Shown in pieces: positions 37,270-47,600 of a stretch of DNA of 64,000 bases. The notes under the pieces are model-generated. The model was not told the DNA's origin. It did no database searches and saw nothing but the letters and a program-made list of their open reading frames with translations. The stretch lies in the IMG/VR virus record IMGVR_UViG_3300043464_002317, positions 1-64,000 of that record; one strand, written 5' to 3'. Both the position numbers and the translations under genes were made by a program. Position 1 is the stretch's first letter. Every line of letters begins with the position of its first letter. The DNA is from a virus.

Positions 37270-38116
37270 TGAGGTAGCCTCTCAACCTTATTTTAAAGAT
37301 AATCCTCATCTTATTGATAAAGCGGCAATTTATAGATGGGTTACAATGGCTCTTGGTAATTTTGGTAGAAATATCATGCAAAAACAAGAAGCTGTTATTC
37401 ATATTCAAAATTATAAAGGTCTGAAACCAAAAGGTTTTAAACAACTATCGTTAGCAATAAAATTAGATTTAGCTGGGATAAATGTAAATACAGAAGATAA
37501 ATCTGTAATGCAAGGTTCTTTTATGTGGAAAGAACGTATAGAAAAATACAACTTAGAAGATACTGTCGATTTTAATTGTGAAGAAACTTGCGAGAAAAAA
37601 ACCTGTGAAAAAACTATAGTTGAAAATTTTTATCTTCGACCAGATGTTTTAGCAACAGCTCGCTACATAAACCCTCTTTACTTAAAAATAGGTGATGATT
37701 TACTAGGTTCATGCGACTCCGATTGTGTAAACCGTTTTAATTATGACTCAAGATTTCAAATCAATATTAAAGGAGACTTTGTTAATGCAAACTTCAAAAA
37801 CGGAGTTATTTACTTACGCTATTGGGGATTACCAATAGATGATGATGGATTGCCATTAATCCCTGATACAGAAAATCATTCTGTTCAACACTATTTAGAA
37901 TACCTTATAAAGAGAAAATTGCTTGAACAAGCAATGTGGAGCAAAGATGCAGTTAATTTACAAGCAATGTTCCAATTCACTGTGCAAGAAGAAAAAAATC
38001 TACTTGGAACAGCTTTAAGAGACACAAGTCCTCTATCCATGAAAGCTTTGTGGAATGCAATAGATTTTAAAAGAAAAAATGTTTCTAAGTTTAATGTAAA
38101 TCTTGGTAATTATTAA
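37235..38116 (+). CDS. tail tubular/ring protein
   Basis: NFKNGVIYLRYWGLPIDDDGLPLIPD motif; precedes the stabilisation protein. Confidence 0.7.
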   Translation: MVELVSLENLISEVASQPYFKDNPHLIDKAAIYRWVTMALGNFGRNIMQKQEAVIHIQNYKGLKPKGFKQLSLAIKLDLAGINVNTEDKSVMQGSFMWKERIEKYNLEDTVDFNCEETCEKKTCEKTIVENFYLRPDVLATARYINPLYLKIGDDLLGSCDSDCVNRFNYDSRFQINIKGDFVNANFKNGVIYLRYWGLPIDDDGLPLIPDTENHSVQHYLEYLIKRKLLEQAMWSKDAVNLQAMFQFTVQEEKNLLGTALRDTSPLSMKALWNAIDFKRKNVSKFNVNLGNY

Positions 38117-41100
38117 TGGAAAAATCAAATCAAAATATAAATCAAGGTTTTAAAGGAATGAATAAAGACGTTCCTGTTGACACTAACAATCAACAAACCT
38201 ATACCTATATGCTTAACGGTAATATTGAAAGCATAGATGGTAATTCAGTAGGCATCCAAAATGAGCAATCAAATCTTTTATGTACGGTATTTCCTGAAGG
38301 TTATAAAGTAATAAATTATCAATTAGATATTACAGACGATACAGTTTATTATTTTTTAGTAAACCCAGATACAAATTGTTCAGAAATAGGTAAAATAAGA
38401 AATATTCAAAATATATCTAATTTATCTGATACAGAGATATTATGTGGTTGCGGTATAAAAATGGTTTTAGCAGAAGGTCTCGAAACACAAGAGCCAACTC
38501 CAATATGCAACTATGAAACGGTAATAAACGACTGTGATTGCAACGAATTAGAAGAAGGTTTAAGATGTTTAAATTTTAGTATTAACTACCCAATAGATTC
38601 TGAGATAAAAGATGAAAAATGTGGTAAGGTACTTTATTTTACAGATAATTATAACGAACGAAGAAGATTAGAAGTAGATAGTTTAGAACAGTATTATACC
38701 AAATTAGAATACTGCGAAGAAGGAGACGAAGATTGTAACGATTGCGGAACGAAAGAAGTTCAAGTATGTTTGAATTGCACAAAAATGCTTGTACAAGCTC
38801 CTTTTTCTATTCCTTGTATAGACGTAAAACCAATAGTTAACGGAGGAAATTTACGCCATGGACTTTATGTTTATTATGTAGCTTATTCTGATAAATTAGG
38901 TAATGAACTAACACGATATATGAGTGTTACAGGAGAAATTCCTGTAAAAGATTTAAACAGAAATATCTATCAACAAAATGAATTAGATGCAGTAACTAAT
39001 TTAGGCATCAAACTCGAAGTATCTAATTTAGATTTAAACTACAAATACTTTAAAATAGCTGTTGTAGAGAAAACATCTGTAGACGGAGCAGTGAGATACG
39101 TAACTGTAGGGACATATCCTATTGGAGAAAATGTAGTTTTTCATACAGCAAACAATTTAACTACAGAAGAAAAACTCTCTCGTGAAAGATTATCTTTAGA
39201 TTTTCCGCAATATAAAAAGAGTAAATATGTTCAGCAAATTGACAATAAACTCTTTTTTTCAGATTTAGAAGCACAAGATGAAATAAATCTGCAACCTGTT
39301 GTAAATTTAATAGGTCAATTTGCAAAATGGAGAACAGTTATTGCGGAAGAAGATATTTATAAGTCTTCTGATTTAGCTTCTAAGTATAGAAGTAATATGA
39401 GAGATGAAGTTATTCCATACGCCATACGATTCTTTACATCCGATGGATATGTAACAGCAAATTTCCCACTAATAAATAGAGTAGCTCAAGACCCTAATGA
39501 TTTATACTTTGATAATACGCACGCAGCAGACCCACAAGGCACTATAGAAACTCTTTTGGAAGAGTACAAAGATTCTCAAATACAACCAGAGAATACTTGG
39601 GAAAAAGATATTGTTTCAACTCTTGTAAATGGCAACTCAAATTGTGAGAGTTTAGAGCGTATTTACAAATGGCAATATTATAACACTGCAATAGTTGAAA
39701 TAGATGGTTTTGAAACAGTATTTTCTTCAGAATACCCAGATTGTCTTACTGGAGAAACAGAAACATTAGAAGACCAAGATGTTACAAAATATTGTATTAG
39801 TCAGTATTTTACAGACCAAGTTGGTAAAATAATTATTTCAAATTTTGAAGAAGGAGAAATATTTACAACATTAGAAGAGTATATAGAAGACCATCAAAAT
39901 GACCCAGACCCAGATGCTAATTTAGATTTTGCAGATAGCGGAATAACAACCATAAAAACATCAAATTATACTTCTAAAATTTGTTGTGTATGTGGAGAAC
40001 AAGACTGTGATTTAGCTTGTGAAGACTCTTCTTGTATAGATTGCGAAGTTAGTGAAGATTGTTTCGTACCTTGCATAGATGATGTAGTAGAAGTAAATAG
40101 TTGTGATTTATCAACTTTATTTCCAGAAGGTATTTGCGGAGAACCTTGTTATGATGAATCTAAAAGTAAAGCTTCTTTTGTAAAACTACATAAATGTGAA
40201 AACGAAATTTCTATTGTAAAAACCTACAAAGATTGCAACACTTACGATAGACAAGACGAACCTGTAAACTGTTATATATATCAACAGACAACAGGTGGTT
40301 TTACTAATCTAAATGTTTGTTGCCCAAATTGCTCTTCAGCAGAATGTACAAATGCAGATGGAGATAGTTGTGAAGAAACATCTCCTGGAGCTAATGATGG
40401 CGACCCATGTTGTGAATGGGAATATGCTCAAGTTATGGACACTTCAGGAACTGGAAATTGTAGAAGTTCCATGGAAGTATACGACAGAGTAGCTAACGCT
40501 TACGGAGGTAAAACTTGTGCAACAGCAAGCAATGTATTTCTCAATCAAATTTCAGCTTTAACTGCACATTTAATTCCTTATTACACAAATGCAGGAGCAA
40601 CAGATTTAGTTACTTCAGTAGTAGCAGGATACAGTGGAAATTATGGGACTTTGGCAACAATAAAAAGTTGTAATGCAGGTATTGGTAAATCTCAACCAAC
40701 AGGAGAAACAGCTATTTTTGATACAAACATACATAAAAATGCGCTGTGGTTTAAAGTAGAAAATATACCTACAGGAGTAGATAAAATAGTTTTAACTATA
40801 TCAGATTTAACAAATACCCCTTCTGGAACAACAGGAAAAGACTGTTTAATGTACAGCTCATACCACAGATTTTCACTTTATACAACATGTGGAACTCCAT
40901 TAGCAGGAGGATTAGTAGAAGAACCAGCCGAATTAGTAAATGACGTTAATAATTCTATTGACCAACCAAAAGCAGGTGTTTTATGTATTGATACACTATC
41001 GTTAAGAGATGACCCAGATGTACCTATCACAACAATATATATTGCAATAGATGCACCTTATTGGATAAACTCAGCTGATACTGATTATGGATATGTTGTA

Positions 41101-44100
41101 GGAACAGCATCTTGTTTTTCTATTTTAGCTAAATCGGCAGATATTGAATCAGTTACTGTAGACTTAGGTACTGCAAGATTAGAATATGAAAAGAAGTGTG
41201 CATACACAGCTAAATGTGATTTACAAATTTTTAAAGATGTAAAGTGCAATCCTGTTCCATTTTCAGAAGGAAAATTTGCATATTGGGAATCAATAGAAAA
41301 ATATCCAGACAACTCTTATTTATATAACAGTACTAACTTAGTTATAAATGAAGATGATATTCCATTAGATATACAAACAGAATTTGAAGATGTATTTACA
41401 AGTGATACTTTAGAAAATGGAGATTATGAATTGAACTTAGAAACTACAGATTTTAGATGCAAACCTATTCGTCATTTTAAATTCCCAGATAGTTGTATAT
41501 CTCCAGAACACGATGGTAATTTAGAATTTGGATTACAACCAAACTTTAATAAAAATAAAGTGTTCCCTATAGGACTTTATTTAGATAACAAAATTATCAA
41601 TGCATTCTTAGATGTTGCAGCAAAACCAGAAAATGCTCTAATAACTCCAGAATTTAGAGATAAAATAGTCGGCTATGAAATCTTTATAGGTAACATGATG
41701 TTAAACAGAAGTATTATTGGAAAAGGTCTTTTGTACGATATGTATAAATACAAAGAAGATAATAAAGATGTTTTATTTTCTAACTTCCCATTCAATACTT
41801 TAGGTAATAATAAATTGCTCTATAAAGATATGAGTAGAGCAGAATTTATTGACCACCCTTACAACTCAACAGAAAACGATAGGTTCTCTTTCTTATCTCC
41901 AGATTTTAGTTTTGACAGACCAAATTTACCTTTTGAAATGAAAATAGAACATTTCAAAATAGGAAATAGCCGAGGAAGATTTGCACAAGTAGAGGGACAT
42001 TCTAAAATGGTTCTACTTACTAAGAATGCTGAAATTATTGCTGCCGTATTAGCAGGATTAGAAGAAGCACTTTTAATAGTTACAAAAACACTAGATAGCT
42101 TAGTTGTAGCAGGGACAGGAACATTTGGTATAGGCGTATCAATTGCAGCTATATCAGCTACATTAGCAGCAGAATTAGTAGCTTCGTTTACATATCGAGG
42201 AGCTCAAAAAACATTCCAATGGTTACAAATATTTGACCAAAACGGGATACCAAATAATTTCGCTTCTTATTACGCTTCAGAAGGTTTATACAATGGATTT
42301 TCTTGTAGCGGAACAGAAGGGAATTTATTGCGAGGTCTACAAGGCAAACAATATATTCGTAATGGAAGATATTTATTCAATGAAAATTTTGAAGAAACTC
42401 GTATAAATAATTTTAACAGAGAAAGTTCTGTTTATTTGAACTTAGGAAAAGATTTTAAATTAGAATATCCGTCTCAAATAAAAACATACGATGATTCAAG
42501 AATTGATGAAGCTCCATCAGAAACAGAAGGAGAAGAAAGAAAAACATCAACAGAACAAATAAGAAATATTGCATCTGCATATGTATCTTTAAAAAATTAT
42601 ACTCCAGCTCAACATGGAACTATTAATTCTATCAGTTGGATAAGTACAAGTTACTGCGGTGATTTAACAAAAGAAAACACATGTGATACAGTTTTCGGTG
42701 GAGATACTTTTATTGTTAGACATACAGTTAAAAGAAAGTTTCCTTTCTTTATAGCTCCGATGATTAATGGTATAAATTCATTACCATCTTTAACACCTTT
42801 CAGTTATTCTTTACAAAGAAACATAGGAGCACCACGTTACTACGTTGATTATAAAACAGGACAAGTACCATTACTAGGTTTAGTTTCTTTTCCACCAATA
42901 AAAAGCTATTATTACTTAGATAATCAGGAAACTTCTTTCTTGTATGTAAAAGATACATCTAAGTTCTATTTATACGAATACGGTATAGCAAGTTTTATTT
43001 GCGAAACAAGAATAAACGAGAATTTTAGATACGCTGAAAATAGCCGAGAAAGAGATTTTTGGGGTAATCAAAATGATTATATAGCTTGGACGCAAGAAGA
43101 AAATGTTCCTATATTTGAAGATAATTATTATTTTTATAACAACACTTATAGTGCAGATAATTATATCTATGCATGGAGAGCATTAAGGGCTGACTTTGAC
43201 CCAGTACAATCCGCTTGTCAAGTAAATCATTGGGACAGAACAATCTATAGTATAGAAGATAATAATGAGCAAGATAATATAGATAACTGGCGTATATTTT
43301 TACCAAATAATTTTAAGGATTTTGGTAATAAATATGGAACTTTTTACGGAGTTAAACCTATTGAATCTTTAAAGTTAGTAGCTCGATTTGAAAATGGCTT
43401 TGCTATTTATCCATCAACAGCTACAGTACAAAGTTCGGCAGGTGATGTAACATTAGGAACAGCTGGTCTTTTCCAAGTAAAACCTTCAGATTTTGTTGTA
43501 TCAGATTTAGGTTACGGAGGCACACAACAATCAGCTTGGCTAAGTACAGAATACGGTCATTTTTGGGTAGATGCAAAACGAGGAAGAGTTCATAGATTAG
43601 AAGTACAAGCAGCAGGACAAGAAGAAATCTCTAAGAACGGAATGAAAAACTGGTTCAGAGAAAATTTACCTTTCAATATCTTGAAACAATTCCCTAACAT
43701 GTCCGTAGAGATGTTAGACAACCCTTATAAAGGAATAGGTATTGTTCTCGGTTGGGACAGCAGACACGAAAGAGTCTTCTTAACTAAGAAAGATGTAAAA
43801 TTAAAACAACAATATTTAAATAATGTTGTTATAGAAGGATTAGATTTTTATCTAGTAACTATAGAAGACGAAGAAGAAGTAAAAACATTAATACAACCTT
43901 CAGATGAAACTTACTTTACAGATACAAGCTGGACTTTAGCTTACAGCCCAAATCTTAAAACTTGGATTTCATACTATACATTTAAACCTAATTATTTCGT
44001 ACCGTTCCAACATTATTTTCAAACAGGTATAAACTGGGGAGCTAATACAGGACTATGGTCGCACTTACTAACAGATAACACTTCTTTCCAAGTTTTTTAC

Positions 44101-44622
44101 GGTAACTTAGAACCTTGGAAATTAGAAATACCTTATAAGAGCGATGTGTATTCTAAATATGGAGAAGATATAAACTATTCTTTAGAAACATTACGTTATG
44201 AAAATGAAAACGATTTTAAACATATTGTTGCTAACTTCAACCATGTAGTTATCTATAACAATCAAGAAAGCACAGGGAAATTAAATTTAATAAGACAAAT
44301 TCCAAATAATGCTAGATTTATATGTAATTATCCTAAATACAATGTTTATAACTCAGTAGATATTTTAGCGACTAACGAATACCAAGATTGGAGTTTTAAT
44401 TATCTATTTGACAATATTAAAAACAATACAAACATTCCTATTTGGATTCATACTCCGAGTGCAGACGATAAAGTTTTAAATCAAAATGCGCACGATTATA
44501 GACCAACATTTAAAAACCTACTAAGAGGTAAATATTTCTTGGCACGATTTACTCAAGAAACAGAGTCAAGAATTAAATTCATCTACAAGTGGAGCAGTTT
44601 ACAAAATAAATTGTTTGATTAA
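38116..44622 (+). CDS. tail stabilisation (muzzle, P22 gp10-like) protein with a large Cys-rich insertion
   Basis: FKGMNKD, YFTDNYN, MRDEV..YAI, IRHFKFPD, FGGDTFI, GYGGTQ, FWVDAKRG, SWTLAYS...WISYYTF. Confidence 0.85.
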   Translation: MEKSNQNINQGFKGMNKDVPVDTNNQQTYTYMLNGNIESIDGNSVGIQNEQSNLLCTVFPEGYKVINYQLDITDDTVYYFLVNPDTNCSEIGKIRNIQNISNLSDTEILCGCGIKMVLAEGLETQEPTPICNYETVINDCDCNELEEGLRCLNFSINYPIDSEIKDEKCGKVLYFTDNYNERRRLEVDSLEQYYTKLEYCEEGDEDCNDCGTKEVQVCLNCTKMLVQAPFSIPCIDVKPIVNGGNLRHGLYVYYVAYSDKLGNELTRYMSVTGEIPVKDLNRNIYQQNELDAVTNLGIKLEVSNLDLNYKYFKIAVVEKTSVDGAVRYVTVGTYPIGENVVFHTANNLTTEEKLSRERLSLDFPQYKKSKYVQQIDNKLFFSDLEAQDEINLQPVVNLIGQFAKWRTVIAEEDIYKSSDLASKYRSNMRDEVIPYAIRFFTSDGYVTANFPLINRVAQDPNDLYFDNTHAADPQGTIETLLEEYKDSQIQPENTWEKDIVSTLVNGNSNCESLERIYKWQYYNTAIVEIDGFETVFSSEYPDCLTGETETLEDQDVTKYCISQYFTDQVGKIIISNFEEGEIFTTLEEYIEDHQNDPDPDANLDFADSGITTIKTSNYTSKICCVCGEQDCDLACEDSSCIDCEVSEDCFVPCIDDVVEVNSCDLSTLFPEGICGEPCYDESKSKASFVKLHKCENEISIVKTYKDCNTYDRQDEPVNCYIYQQTTGGFTNLNVCCPNCSSAECTNADGDSCEETSPGANDGDPCCEWEYAQVMDTSGTGNCRSSMEVYDRVANAYGGKTCATASNVFLNQISALTAHLIPYYTNAGATDLVTSVVAGYSGNYGTLATIKSCNAGIGKSQPTGETAIFDTNIHKNALWFKVENIPTGVDKIVLTISDLTNTPSGTTGKDCLMYSSYHRFSLYTTCGTPLAGGLVEEPAELVNDVNNSIDQPKAGVLCIDTLSLRDDPDVPITTIYIAIDAPYWINSADTDYGYVVGTASCFSILAKSADIESVTVDLGTARLEYEKKCAYTAKCDLQIFKDVKCNPVPFSEGKFAYWESIEKYPDNSYLYNSTNLVINEDDIPLDIQTEFEDVFTSDTLENGDYELNLETTDFRCKPIRHFKFPDSCISPEHDGNLEFGLQPNFNKNKVFPIGLYLDNKIINAFLDVAAKPENALITPEFRDKIVGYEIFIGNMMLNRSIIGKGLLYDMYKYKEDNKDVLFSNFPFNTLGNNKLLYKDMSRAEFIDHPYNSTENDRFSFLSPDFSFDRPNLPFEMKIEHFKIGNSRGRFAQVEGHSKMVLLTKNAEIIAAVLAGLEEALLIVTKTLDSLVVAGTGTFGIGVSIAAISATLAAELVASFTYRGAQKTFQWLQIFDQNGIPNNFASYYASEGLYNGFSCSGTEGNLLRGLQGKQYIRNGRYLFNENFEETRINNFNRESSVYLNLGKDFKLEYPSQIKTYDDSRIDEAPSETEGEERKTSTEQIRNIASAYVSLKNYTPAQHGTINSISWISTSYCGDLTKENTCDTVFGGDTFIVRHTVKRKFPFFIAPMINGINSLPSLTPFSYSLQRNIGAPRYYVDYKTGQVPLLGLVSFPPIKSYYYLDNQETSFLYVKDTSKFYLYEYGIASFICETRINENFRYAENSRERDFWGNQNDYIAWTQEENVPIFEDNYYFYNNTYSADNYIYAWRALRADFDPVQSACQVNHWDRTIYSIEDNNEQDNIDNWRIFLPNNFKDFGNKYGTFYGVKPIESLKLVARFENGFAIYPSTATVQSSAGDVTLGTAGLFQVKPSDFVVSDLGYGGTQQSAWLSTEYGHFWVDAKRGRVHRLEVQAAGQEEISKNGMKNWFRENLPFNILKQFPNMSVEMLDNPYKGIGIVLGWDSRHERVFLTKKDVKLKQQYLNNVVIEGLDFYLVTIEDEEEVKTLIQPSDETYFTDTSWTLAYSPNLKTWISYYTFKPNYFVPFQHYFQTGINWGANTGLWSHLLTDNTSFQVFYGNLEPWKLEIPYKSDVYSKYGEDINYSLETLRYENENDFKHIVANFNHVVIYNNQESTGKLNLIRQIPNNARFICNYPKYNVYNSVDILATNEYQDWSFNYLFDNIKNNTNIPIWIHTPSADDKVLNQNAHDYRPTFKNLLRGKYFLARFTQETESRIKFIYKWSSLQNKLFD

Positions 44623-47600
44623 TGAAAAATAATAAATTAATAAGGTTTAGTTTAGAGCAAAATGGAGGGTCTGCACCAAAGTTAATGCAAGAAGGAAGAT
44701 TTTCTAATTATAATTGGAAAGAAAATAGAGAATATAAAAAAAACCCAGCTAATTTAAATAGTAGAGGTGGACTTGATGTAGGTGTTTCAAAAAATTTACC
44801 ATTAGGATTTAGAAGTTCTGCTGGTGTAGAGTTTGATGAAGGTAAAGTTAATTACAGAGGAGGTTTAGGATATAATAATAAAGGTCTTGATATAAACACT
44901 AATTATAATAGCAGCGGCAAACTTAATGCGAGTGTTAATTATGATAGCCCTGTTGGTCTTAAAGCAGGTTTTAGATATAGTGATAATAAAGGAGAAAAAA
45001 CTTATAGTGGAAATTTAGGTTATAGTGGTGAAAAAATACCTATAGGTTTAAATACTGGTTATACACATACATCTGAAGGACATAATGCAAATGCTGACCT
45101 TAACTTTAATACAAAAAATATTAATGGAAATTTTGGGTACGAGTATAATCAAGAAGGTAATAAAAATTCATTTAATGCAGGAGTAAATATTCCATTTGCT
45201 AATAAAAAAGGAAACATAGGCATCAACAGTAAGTATAATATAGGAGATAAACAACCATCTGTTAATATAGGAACTACTTTTAAATTTAAAAACGGAGGGG
45301 ATGTAAGCGATAAAAAAGACACATTATCTAAATTAAAAAAAGCTTTATCTTTAAGAGAAAACTTAGGTAATCTTGATACTGAACAAGGATATAATACTCC
45401 ATTAAAACAAGTTTTAAGAACTGCAATAGGATTAGAAGGAAAAGATTATAGTAATAAACCTATGTCATCTATTGCTAGAGAGCAAGATGCTTTTAGAATG
45501 TATTTAGGATTACCTTCTAGAACAGGAGCATTTGAACAAACAGGTTCTAATAAATATAGAATAAGGGATTATGGTCAGTTGTATCCTGAAACTATGCCTT
45601 CAGATGAAGCAGTATTATATTCTAATAAAATAAATAAGGCTGTTGAAATGGATAAATCTCCTGTAGATTTAAACAAACTAGTAGAGTTAACTCCTTATGC
45701 GGATATACTTATGGGCACCCATAATGTTGTTAAAGATAAAGATGCTAAAGGAGAATATTTAAAATACTACGATAGATTTGATTTTGACCCTACAAGATAC
45801 GCAAATCAATTTATTGATAGAAATGTTAACCCAACTATTGGTAAATATTTAAAAAAAGCAACTCCTGTATTAGATGAATTAGAGAGTCTAATATTTAACC
45901 CTTTTGAACTAGAAGATAAAGTTTATTACAACCCTAAAACAAAATTACGTTCAGATATTATTTTACAACAAAATAGACAAAGAGTAGTTCCAGGACAACC
46001 AATAGCTATCCCAGCAGATTTTCAAAGTGGTGGAGAAATGATAAAAAGAAATCTTTGGGATAATATAGGGAGTACTTTTAAGTTTCAAAATGCAGGGCAA
46101 AAAAACTCAACATATACTTGGAGTACACAAGAAGCATCAAAACCAAAAGGGACAGATGTAAAAGCTCCAAATGACACAAATATTACCAAAACAGATGTAT
46201 TAACTGATAAAGCTCAATTAGACGAGTACCGAGATTTTCTAAAATCTAAATATAAAAAACAAGACGAAGAATATAATAATCTACCTCTTGTAAAAATGCA
46301 ATCTTTATATAGCGATAAAATAGAAAACTTCTCACCAGAGACTAGGTTTGGAGAAATCCCAGAAAATCCTACAACAGTAAATTTAACACAAGGTAGATTT
46401 AATACAGCAAAAGTACCAACCTATGTTATTGACCAAGCAATAGAATCAGCAAAAAGAAATAATAGACCAGTAGGAGAATTATTAGCTCTTATAGGAAGAG
46501 AATCTACATTTGGTCAACAAAAAAGTGACATGAGAGGTACTGCAAATAAAAAAGACTTAATTTCTGGTTGGAATCTAGCTGAAAAATATGAACCTTACGA
46601 TTACATGCGTTTTTTAGCAGATAAAGGTGTTGAAGGTATTATTGCTGAAAAAGATAGATTAAGAACATATTATGACTTTGACCCAAATGGAGGAAGAGAA
46701 CAAGTTTTTGATTATGTCAATAGAAACCCAAAATTACTTGAAGAGTATAAGAAAAAATTAGAATCTCAACCTCAAATAGGAAATCAAGATTATTTTGATT
46801 TAGCTTATGAATTTCTCAAAGACAAAGGAATTAAGAAGTACAATCCAGGAGACCCAAAATATGAAAGTATGTATAACGAAGATTTTCAAACATTGGAAAA
46901 AGAACCTGCATTACAAGAATATTTAAAAAGCAAAGGAGTTTCATTTTCAAATACAAAATATCAACAAGGAGGCAACATTAATATAAATTCATTACAAATG
47001 CAAAACAACAATAAATTACAAACACCTTCAGAAGCCGTTTATTCTGCATTAAGTAACTCGTACAATATAAATACAGATATGGGTTTACCAGAACTAACTA
47101 CTTTAGAGCAATTTAAAAACGGAGGTTATAAAGTTATTCGCACTAACGAAAGAAAAGGTAAGACTCATAAAGTCATAGCACCAGATGGAAAAGTGCAATA
47201 TTTTGGCGATGCAAAATTAGGACAACATCCAAGAGACCCAGAAAGAAAAAAAGCTTTCTATGCTCGCCATAAAAAGAATTTAGAAAAAAACCCTTTATTC
47301 AGAGCATTCGCACGAGAAACTTGGCAAGATGGAGGAGAATTAAATAAACTAGGAGTAGAAAATTCTTTGTGGAATAATATCAGAGAAAATAGAGGCAGCG
47401 GAAGAAAACCTACAAAAGAAATGTTAGAACAAGAAAAGAAAATTAAAGCTAAAGAAATGCAATCTGGTGGTAGCGTACAAGATAAAGAAATGGTAGATGG
47501 TATTGCAAATATATTATCACAAATCAAAGACAAATCAAATAGAAAACAAGTAGCAAAAAATATGATAAAAGACTTTAACAACGAAAATGTAAATTTTAAT

